DNA of 64,000 bases from assembly GCA_018433015.1 (NCBI GenBank), contig JAHDSB010000017.1, positions 456 to 64,455 on the forward strand. The letters run 5' to 3'. Source of the DNA: Clostridia bacterium (GTDB lineage: Bacteria; Bacillota; Peptococcia; DRI-13; SV3-B141). Position numbers and translations under genes: made by a program. Below the pieces are notes generated by a model. It was not told the origin of the DNA. It saw only the letters and a list, made by a program, of their open reading frames with translations, and ran no database searches. Each line of letters opens with the position of its first letter. Positions within the stretch are counted from its first letter, which is position 1. Below are positions 57,793 to 64,000 of the stretch, piece after piece.

Positions 57793-58248
57793 TCATCGCA
57801 CTCTCGCCAGCATCTCCTCGCCGGAGATTTTACCCTCCACATAATCCCGACGGGCCTGACTGGCGGTGGCGGACCAGGATTTAAACTGTTCCTCGGTCAA
57901 GTCCCTACCGCTGTGTTCCTCGGCATATTTCCCCACAGCCCGGTACCTGCGGGAATAGACCTTGTTGTACTCGGTGAGATATTGCAATAAAAACGTGTCG
58001 GCTTCAATACCTTTTTCAAAGAACAGCTTTGCCCCCACCTGCTTGCAGGTCCGCTTGCCCCTGTATGGTCTGTTGCAGAAATCCCGCTTACGTTTATCGG
58101 TCAGCACGAAATACCGTCCGCAGAGCTTACAATGCTTTACGTACTGTCCGTTTTTCAGCATCTCGGTAAATTCAAAGAACAGCATCTCATCCAGATACTC
58201 AATCAGGTAATAGGGCATCAGGCTCACGCCCTCGCCGTCCTGATGCAT
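57793..58248 (-). pseudogene. C-terminal portion of a Cys-rich accessory protein typical of serine-recombinase elements (probably N-terminally truncated)
   Basis: Track ORF with CKLCGRYFVLTDKRKRDFCNRPYRGKRTCKQVG. I believe this matches DUF6076, but the name is from memory. An in-frame TAG lies 24 codons upstream of the first Met and no RBS is present. The terminator AATACGCTGTA/TACAGCGTATT (57673-57713) follows. Confidence 0.45.
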
Positions 58249-58443
58249 GATCTCCAGTACGGCTGGAGCAGCAGCGTCCCCAACCTGTCCGGCAAGCTGA
58301 AACGCGTCTCCCTACGCTACGGGCGAGGCGGTGGAGCTGGCCAAGGTGCTCGGATACGAAATTATTTGGCAGAAACGAAATAGGTATAATAATTAAAAAT
58401 GTACGATGCAGTGTATTGCTTCAATACTTCTATTCTATTATTA

Positions 58444-58472
58444 TTGACATCTAAAAACAAAAACACTATAAT
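58444..58472 (+). promoter_or_regulatory. Consensus SigA/sigma-70 promoter of the PadR operon
   Basis: TTGACA (58444-58449), a 17-nt spacer, then TATAAT (58467-58472). Confidence 0.7.
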
Positions 58473-58523
58473 ATCAATACACGATATCGATACTCGATAT
58501 TTAAGGCGCGGACGGAGGTTACA

Positions 58524-58835
58524 ATGAAAAATAAAATGCGAGGGCCACTGACAGAACCCATGCTTTATGTGCTGATGGCCTTTTTAAAACAAGATATGTG
58601 TGGCATTGATATTACAGAATATGTGAACCAGCGTACAGGGGGCCGCGTACACCTTGGCCCGGGTACGTTGTATACGATATTGGCAAAATTTCAGGAGGAC
58701 GGCCTGATTGAGGAGGTCGCCGTAGATGGCCGCAAGCGAACGTATCATCTGACGGATAAAGGCAGAGAGACCTATATGGGGGAACTGGAACGTCTACAGA
58801 AATGCTTACAAGATGGGGAGAATGCGTTGCGATGA
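58524..58835 (+). CDS. PadR family transcriptional regulator
   Basis: 103 aa. wHTH with GPGTLYTILAKFQEDGLIEE. RBS GGAGG. Confidence 0.9.
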   Translation: MKNKMRGPLTEPMLYVLMAFLKQDMCGIDITEYVNQRTGGRVHLGPGTLYTILAKFQEDGLIEEVAVDGRKRTYHLTDKGRETYMGELERLQKCLQDGENALR

Positions 58836-59983
58836 GTAAAAAAAGCTGTTGGAAGTTGATACCGGTCAACGGATATGATATTTCTGCCATTGAATGCTAC
58901 TTAGAGCGCATGGCGGCGCAAGGGTTCCTTTTTTCCATGACCGCCGGACCGCTCACTTTATTCTGCCGCGAGGAGCCCAAAGCACTGCAGTTCCATCTCG
59001 AGCCGATACTCAGCAGGGCCGAAGAAGATGCCGAACTGAATGCGCTGTATGAAGATGCCGGCTGGAAGTATCTGGGTATTTTTCGGAACAATTACTTTGT
59101 CTTTGCAACGGAGAACCTGGAGGCGGAAGCCCACACCGACCCCGAAGCACTGGACTATGTGCTAAAGCGCTTTTCCAGACAAAAGCTCCTCAGCGGACTT
59201 GGACTGCTGGCGTTTAACGTTTTCCTGATCGCACTTTATCGCGACGGATGGCCGGGCAGTTTCGGCTGGACCGAGCTGCAATATTTTCCGGTAGAAAGCA
59301 TCAGCAAATATCCGGTGCTGCCCTTATTGCTGTCTGTAGCGGGCCTTCTTCTGCTGGATCTTTCCTATTTGCTGGGATTGCTGTGCCTGCGCCGTTGCCG
59401 CGTAGTAAAAAGCGCAGGCAGGGTATCCCGTTCCGGTTGTCTCCTGGTGGTGGGCATCTTCGTTCTGATTCCTGTGGCGCTGAACACCATTCAACTGTTC
59501 TCCGGACTGGGGTATCGGCCGATTGATTTGGCTGACTCCAATTTTGTTACGCTAAGCGAAATTGAAGGGCCGGAATTTCGTCTCACCGGCGACAGCATGT
59601 ATGCCATGGACTACATTTCCCATGGCGGGACCCTGCTGGACCCGGAATCCTGGTATCTCCGGCAATATGGAGCCTACTCCCATTTCGATGGTGGGATTGA
59701 TATCAACAATGTTCCGCACTTGATTTTGTCTATTTCCCGCTATCCCCTGGATTCCCTGGCTGAGAAACGCACACAGGAGTGGTGTGCCTATAGAGCCGGG
59801 GAGGAGAATTATCAAAATTTGTTGCCTGTCGATGGTCTGGATGAGGCTTATCTGCTGCAAGGCAATCAAAAATGCTATCTTGTTTTGCGTCAGGGCAGAA
59901 CTGTTTTGCGTGCAGACTATCAGGGAGAACAAGACCTGAGCGGATTTCTCAAACGCTTTGCACAGATGATGCAAGCTTTGTAA
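58832..59983 (+). CDS. DUF2812 domain membrane protein
   Basis: Track ORF 58802..59983. The ATG at 58832 overlaps the padR stop (ATGA). The N-terminus (CWKLIPVNGYDISAIECYLERMAAQGFLF) is DUF2812-like. Internal TM helices are present. Confidence 0.75.
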   Translation: MSKKSCWKLIPVNGYDISAIECYLERMAAQGFLFSMTAGPLTLFCREEPKALQFHLEPILSRAEEDAELNALYEDAGWKYLGIFRNNYFVFATENLEAEAHTDPEALDYVLKRFSRQKLLSGLGLLAFNVFLIALYRDGWPGSFGWTELQYFPVESISKYPVLPLLLSVAGLLLLDLSYLLGLLCLRRCRVVKSAGRVSRSGCLLVVGIFVLIPVALNTIQLFSGLGYRPIDLADSNFVTLSEIEGPEFRLTGDSMYAMDYISHGGTLLDPESWYLRQYGAYSHFDGGIDINNVPHLILSISRYPLDSLAEKRTQEWCAYRAGEENYQNLLPVDGLDEAYLLQGNQKCYLVLRQGRTVLRADYQGEQDLSGFLKRFAQMMQAL

Positions 59984-60026
59984 ACAGAAATGACTGCGCT
60001 CAAAACGAGCAGGAAAGGAGACATCT

Positions 60027-61271
60027 ATGAAAACAGTTTATAAGATCCTTCCCGTATCCATCTTCGATATCCCGGGTTTGGAACAGTGGCTAGAGGAACA
60101 AGCCAATCAAGGCCTTTCTCCTGTACATCTCGGTTCCTATGCCAGCTTTACAAAAGACGGCGTACCCGGCACGCGGTACCGTCTGGAGCCTTTGGGGAAA
60201 ATGGGCACGGAGCCCACGCCGGAGCAGCTGGAATTGTACCACAGCGCCGGATGGGAATATGCCTTTCCCATTGCCCGAGCCTATTTCCTTTTTTATACCA
60301 CAGATCCCGATGCCCCAGAGCTGTACTCAGATCTGGCCACACGGGGACAGTCTCTGGACCGCTTAGCAAAGCAAATTAAAAGCACCAGGGTTAAACGCTT
60401 GCTCATTCCGGTTCTTGTGGTTGTAGTGCTGTTGGCTGCGATGCTCTGGCCAGTAAGTCGTTTTGATGTGCAGCCTGACCGGTGGGCCAACTTTCCGATC
60501 CTGCTGCTCTATTTAACCAACCCTATGCTTCTCATTTTCGTCATAACAGTCGCTTTTCAGCTACCACGTGAGTTTCGAGAGTATCGCACACTACTAAATA
60601 CCCATGAAGCACTAAAAAGCGGGCTGATTCCACCGCCGTCACAAATCTCAGGAAAGAGGATTGCTTTTGAAAATATCTCGCAATTGATACTCCTTCCTGT
60701 ACTGGTGCTTTGCTTAATTCTAAACTATATCATCCCGCAGAACAAACCGTTATCACAGTTCGAATTGCCCTATGTGTCCCTGTCGGACATGGAAAATAAA
60801 GATCTTTTTACTTATGATGAGTTGTTTGGTGAAAGCTCCTACTATTCCGAAGATAAAAATCAGACGAATCGGCAATTCTCACTGCTGTCTCCCGGGTGGT
60901 ATGAGGTATCGCAGTATCTCCACAGCGCTCAGGCAGGCACACAGACCAACGCTTTTTCGCCCAACCCAGAGGGCGGCAAATACCGCTATTCTCCCAGCTT
61001 GGATATGGTCCGCTTTTCGCTTCTGGTGTCCGCTTTAAGCCGGTCTGTGGCAGAAGCGCAGTTGGATGCTTACCGGCTTATCAATGTTTATTGGACCTAT
61101 GAGGAAGTGGACTATCCCGGCACCGACTTTGTAATTTTGGCGAAGGAAGAGGATGGGATCTGGCAAATGGCCGCTTTGGGAAGCGGAAAGCATGTGGCCG
61201 TATTCCGCTACGCCGGGCAGGAGAAATTGGCCGACCGCCTAGATTTGCTTTCCAGCATGGTCAATCCGTAG
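60027..61271 (+). CDS. DUF2812 domain membrane protein (second copy)
   Basis: The N-terminus (YKILPVSIFDIPGLEQWLEEQANQGLSP...YHSAGWEY) is DUF2812-like. TM helices are present. RBS GGAAAGGAG. Confidence 0.75.
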   Translation: MKTVYKILPVSIFDIPGLEQWLEEQANQGLSPVHLGSYASFTKDGVPGTRYRLEPLGKMGTEPTPEQLELYHSAGWEYAFPIARAYFLFYTTDPDAPELYSDLATRGQSLDRLAKQIKSTRVKRLLIPVLVVVVLLAAMLWPVSRFDVQPDRWANFPILLLYLTNPMLLIFVITVAFQLPREFREYRTLLNTHEALKSGLIPPPSQISGKRIAFENISQLILLPVLVLCLILNYIIPQNKPLSQFELPYVSLSDMENKDLFTYDELFGESSYYSEDKNQTNRQFSLLSPGWYEVSQYLHSAQAGTQTNAFSPNPEGGKYRYSPSLDMVRFSLLVSALSRSVAEAQLDAYRLINVYWTYEEVDYPGTDFVILAKEEDGIWQMAALGSGKHVAVFRYAGQEKLADRLDLLSSMVNP

Positions 61272-61506
61272 AAAGCGAAAAGGCTGACCGGTATGATGAA
61301 AAGAAAGCTCTTGCCAAGGATTTTCATTTCAGAATAAACATCATAAGCGATGCCTCTAAAAAAGCAAACCAGAATCTCTTCCCACAGGAAAAGTTCGGAT
61401 TTGCTTTTTTATTTCCGTATCCAGTTTGCCTTATGGGGTGGGTTCACAACTTATCCTTGTGACTTCCCGTTATTATGCTGGGCTCTTCCTTATTTCACCC
61501 ATTCTT

Positions 61507-61535
61507 TTGACACGTTTTCTTAATTGGTTTATTAT
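61507..61535 (+). promoter_or_regulatory. SigA-type promoter of pepT
   Basis: TTGACA (61507-61512), a 17-nt spacer, then TATTAT (61530-61535). It lies just right of the right inverted arm. Confidence 0.55.
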
Positions 61536-61570
61536 GTAAAGAAAAATAGAAAAAGAGGTATCCAATAAAA

Positions 61571-62797
61571 ATGCAAGAAGTAGTGAATCGCTTTCTTCGT
61601 TATGTACAATTTGAAACTACCAGTGATGAAAATTCCTTAACCTGCCCCAGCACTGAAGGACAACTGGTTTTTGCTCGCCAGCTGGTTAAAGAACTGCAAG
61701 ATCTAGGGCTAACTGATGCTCAAGTAGATAAAAACGGATACGTTATGGCTACTTTGCCTAGCAATACAAAGAAAAAGGCTCCTGTCATCGGTTTTATAGC
61801 TCACCTGGACACTGCCCCTGATTTTTCCGGTAAAAATGTTAAACCCCAAATAGTCAAGAATTATCAAGGGGGCAATATTCTTCTTAACAAAGATAAAAAT
61901 ATTTATTTGCGAGAGGATTATTTTCCTGAACTGAAACTATATTACAATCAGGATCTGATAACTACCGATGGAACTACATTGCTTGGAGCTGATGATAAAG
62001 CAGGAATCGCTGAAATAATAAGTGCCGTGGCCTATCTTATAGAACACCCGGAGATGGAACACGGCACTATTCGGATAGCCTTCACCCCCGATGAAGAAAT
62101 CGGCACAGGTACTCAGAACTTTGATATACAAAAATTCGCAGCCAATTTTGCTTACACAGTCGACGGCAGTCAGATCGGTGAATTGGAAACAGAGAATTTT
62201 AATGCTGCTTCTGCTACCATCGCCATCAAAGGTATCAACGTTCATACAGGCTCCGCCAAAAATAAAATGGTTAATTCACTTCTTTTAGCCCAGGAATTGC
62301 TCAGTCATTTTCCTGCTCGGGAAATACCTGCAAAAACCGCAGGTTATGAAGGGTTTTATCATCTTCATGATATGACGGGTTCCGTAGAAGAAACTGTACT
62401 GAGAATCCTTATCAGAGATCACAATAAAAGGAAGTTCCAGTACCGCAAAGACTTTATAGAGTCCTGTTGTAAAGCTCTTAACAAAAAATACAGTCATGAT
62501 TACATAACTTTAGAAATAAAGGACAGCTACTATAATATGAAGGAAATAATTGACCAGCATCCCCATGTCTTTGAACTAGCCCTAAAAGCACTTCAAGAAT
62601 TGAATATTAAACCTAAGCTCACACCTATCCGAGGGGGTACAGACGGGGCCCATCTCTCCCACATGGGACTTCCTACCCCCAATCTTTTTGCTGGTGGTCA
62701 TAACTTTCACGGTAAATATGAGTTTATCCCCATACCCTCTATGGAAAAAGCTGTGCAAACTATCATCAAAATCTGTGAACTAGCAGTAGAAATCTAA
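61571..62797 (+). CDS. pepT: Peptidase T (tripeptide aminopeptidase, M20B)
   Basis: N-terminus RFLRYVQFETTSDE, GFIAHLDT and GADDKAGIAEI metal-binding motifs. Size 408 aa. Confidence 0.9.
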   Translation: MQEVVNRFLRYVQFETTSDENSLTCPSTEGQLVFARQLVKELQDLGLTDAQVDKNGYVMATLPSNTKKKAPVIGFIAHLDTAPDFSGKNVKPQIVKNYQGGNILLNKDKNIYLREDYFPELKLYYNQDLITTDGTTLLGADDKAGIAEIISAVAYLIEHPEMEHGTIRIAFTPDEEIGTGTQNFDIQKFAANFAYTVDGSQIGELETENFNAASATIAIKGINVHTGSAKNKMVNSLLLAQELLSHFPAREIPAKTAGYEGFYHLHDMTGSVEETVLRILIRDHNKRKFQYRKDFIESCCKALNKKYSHDYITLEIKDSYYNMKEIIDQHPHVFELALKALQELNIKPKLTPIRGGTDGAHLSHMGLPTPNLFAGGHNFHGKYEFIPIPSMEKAVQTIIKICELAVEI

Positions 62798-62817
62798 CTT
62801 CATATTATAAAGTAAAT

Positions 62818-62859
62818 AAGTAAAGCAGGGAAAACATCTTGATTTTCTCTGCTTTACTT
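62818..62859 (+). terminator. Rho-independent terminator after pepT
   Basis: AAGTAAAGCAG...CTGCTTTACTT stem followed by ATTTTTTT. Confidence 0.8.
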
Positions 62860-62896
62860 ATTTTTTTAAATTATATTATTCCTGTAAATCTTAACC

Positions 62897-63238
62897 TTAG
62901 TTTTCCGCAAATTGCTCTTCAATATAACTATCTATTTCCTGCTGAGTCACGCCGGAAGTAGTTAATTTAAAGTTAACAGCTTCGCTCCAAAAGTTGCTTT
63001 TTTGGGCCATTTTTTTGTATTTCTTAGCCTCAGGACCTTTTCTTTGAGCTCTCATGGAGCTATTGCTGGCAAGCACAGTCATTATTAGTTTGGTCTGTAA
63101 TAACTGTTCTTTTTCCAACCCCTCATAGTTCTTTTGCAGATAGCCCATTACACCATCGTAATACTCTACAAATTCGCCAAAGGGTATCTCTGTATCCATT
63201 TGCAAATATTCCTTCATTTTGGAAAAATAATTTTCCAT
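62897..63238 (-). CDS. Hypothetical protein (113 aa)
   Basis: Track ORF. RBS AAGGAGTTGG. No family recognised. Confidence 0.45.
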   Translation of the reverse strand: MENYFSKMKEYLQMDTEIPFGEFVEYYDGVMGYLQKNYEGLEKEQLLQTKLIMTVLASNSSMRAQRKGPEAKKYKKMAQKSNFWSEAVNFKLTTSGVTQQEIDSYIEEQFAEN

Positions 63239-63318
63239 GGGATAACCAACTCCTTATAAAATGATGTCTTTAAAATTTTACTATACCTGCGTTAGCTTAG
63301 CAATTACTATTACCAGCA

Positions 63319-63582
63319 TTATTTTTTCTGGAGACGAAATACTTTAAGATAATCTTTTGCCTTTTTTTGTGCTTCGTGCTGAATTTTGGCTAACTTAGGA
63401 AAGCGGTATTTGAGCTTAATTAGTATTTTTTTAGCCCAGGGAGACTTTTTTGATAAAAGATAGAGACCTATTAATAGAAACAGAATTCCCTGTAATACAG
63501 GTAAGAATAACCCAGCTATCCCTAGTAGCAAGAATGTCCAGCCTAATATTATTATTAAAAAATCTTTTATTTTATTTTTCAT
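63319..63582 (-). CDS. Small two-TM membrane protein (YbaN/PGPGW-like)
   Basis: Track ORF. RBS GGAGT. Two adjacent TM helices are followed by a basic tail. Confidence 0.45.
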   Translation of the reverse strand: MKNKIKDFLIIILGWTFLLLGIAGLFLPVLQGILFLLIGLYLLSKKSPWAKKILIKLKYRFPKLAKIQHEAQKKAKDYLKVFRLQKK

Positions 63583-63693
63583 ATTACTCCTTCTCTTCCG
63601 TTATAACACTTATAAACCCATAATCTTACAGATATCTCTGTACTTATTCTCAAACACCATAAAGGGGGGAAAGCCGGGTCAAGGAAGCTCCCT

Positions 63694-64000
63694 TTAAATC
63701 GATAAAATACCTGCTAGACGATAATCAGCAAAATTAATGGATTTTTTTTGCTCTAAAGCACACACAATATCGGCACTTTTAATAGTATCTCCCTCAATCC
63801 CTATCATTTTCCCTCTTTCTCCTTGCATTAATAGCCTTACAGCCTCGGAACCCATGCGGCTGGCGAGAATCCGATCCTGGGCACTGGGGGTCCCTCCCCT
63901 TTGAATATATCCTAGGATGGAAAGCCTAGTATCCATACCTGATTCCTGTTTAATCCGCCTTGTCACTTCAACGGAATCAGCCACACCTTCCGCTAGCATA
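63694..64000 (-). CDS. pfkA: ATP-dependent 6-phosphofructokinase, C-terminal ~100 codons (5' end beyond window end)
   Basis: LGYIQRGGTPSAQDRILASRMG is the PfkA hallmark motif. The reading frame stays open to the window edge. Confidence 0.9.
   Translation of the reverse strand, partial: MLAEGVADSVEVTRRIKQESGMDTRLSILGYIQRGGTPSAQDRILASRMGSEAVRLLMQGERGKMIGIEGDTIKSADIVCALEQKKSINFADYRLAGILSI

Larger units (their letters stand above)
56409..61475. mobile_element. Decayed GC-rich integrative element (about 5.06 kb) inserted in the loop of the MCP terminator
   Basis: Base composition shifts abruptly to visibly GC-rich (exact % not computed). 10-bp direct repeats CCCGTTGTTA (56409-56418) and CCCGTTATTA (61466-61475) mark the ends. 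They are nested inside 16-bp inverted arms AAATAAGAAAGAGCCC (56395-56410) and GGGCTCTTCCTTATTT (61480-61495). The element carries a serine recombinase remnant. Confidence 0.75.

Noticed and set aside
56502-57990. Numerous 60-130-aa ORFs on both strands within the GC-rich island (for example 56502..56714, 56666..56869, 57102..57407, 57492..57884 and 57742..57990).
   Set aside because: High GC content suppresses stop codons, and the Arg/Pro/Ala-rich translations have no motifs. The only recognisable homology in this stretch is the fragmented minus-strand serine recombinase.
58290-58383. A possible plus-strand remnant of an HTH protein C-terminus (...GEAVELAKVLGYEIIWQKRN) at the edge of the AT-rich padR promoter region.
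   Set aside because: Only about 25 codons remain before an upstream in-frame TGA, which is too short to distinguish from chance. At most it is another fragment of the decayed element.
60086-60490. Alternative-frame ORFs inside the second DUF2812 gene (60086..60379, 60139..60366, 60148..60369 and 60293..60490), and also 60772..61038.
   Set aside because: These are GC-rich shadow frames. The frame 60027..61271 carries the DUF2812-like N-terminus, the TM helices and an RBS.
56444-61447. The 7-bp inverted match GTGAACC (about 56444) / GGTTCAC (about 61441), considered as possible terminal inverted repeats of the island.
   Set aside because: It is too short to be meaningful over 5 kb. The 10-bp direct repeat together with the 16-bp flanking inverted arms explains the junctions better.
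1-64000. A search by eye for rRNA, tRNA, tmRNA, CRISPR arrays, IS elements with terminal inverted repeats, and recognisable defence-system genes.
   Set aside because: None was found. All intergenic gaps longer than 150 bp were read on both strands and contain only promoters, leaders and terminators. The only tandem repeat is the coding 60-mer. A covariance-model scan (tRNAscan, Rfam) would be needed to exclude small RNAs rigorously.

Overview
This window is a densely coded chromosomal segment of about 60 genes. It comes from a low-GC Gram-positive anaerobe that looks Clostridia-like, spore-forming and selenocysteine-using. All family calls rest on motifs read by eye from the translations, because no database search was possible.

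Gene content, left to right:
- dapA (partial).
- A Na+/solute symporter behind a structured leader, followed by an FCD-type regulator.
- An unknown secreted protein and an M23 peptidase.
- znuABC-zur with a palindromic operator.
- An ECF-S-like protein coupled to a methyltransferase.
- clpB, controlled by CtsR boxes.
- A ytrA-type ABC operon.
- A peroxiredoxin whose peroxidatic Cys codon is an in-frame TGA. The ORF track splits it into two ORFs.
- ttcA.
- A zinc-ribbon protein with a Gly/Pro/aromatic tail encoded by a 60-bp tandem repeat.
- RNA-modification genes (rsuA-like, rsmF-like, trmB).
- A cluster of small proteins that looks spore-coat-like.
- An MFS transporter and an SbcCD/YhaON-like nuclease pair.
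- thiW behind a TPP riboswitch.
- lepB and rluD.
- A sigma-54-driven operon encoding a DUF1537 acid-sugar kinase, PdxA2, a LarA-like protein and a TRAP transporter, with its PrpR-type activator.
- Type III glutamine synthetase, a radical-SAM protein, a UPF0182 protein and an MCP.
- A 5.06-kb conspicuously GC-rich island.
- pepT, two small genes and pfkA (partial).

The island is inserted in the loop of the MCP terminator. It is bounded by a 10-bp direct repeat nested inside 16-bp inverted arms. It carries a decayed large serine recombinase and an intact PadR-DUF2812-DUF2812 operon.

I found no rRNA, tRNA or CRISPR array.

The observations most worth a second look are:
- the Sec-peroxiredoxin;
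- the island and its att-like junctions;
- the LarA-containing acid-sugar cluster;
- the Gly-Pro repeat protein;
- the coat-like paralog cluster;
- an unclassified leader RNA upstream of the symporter.
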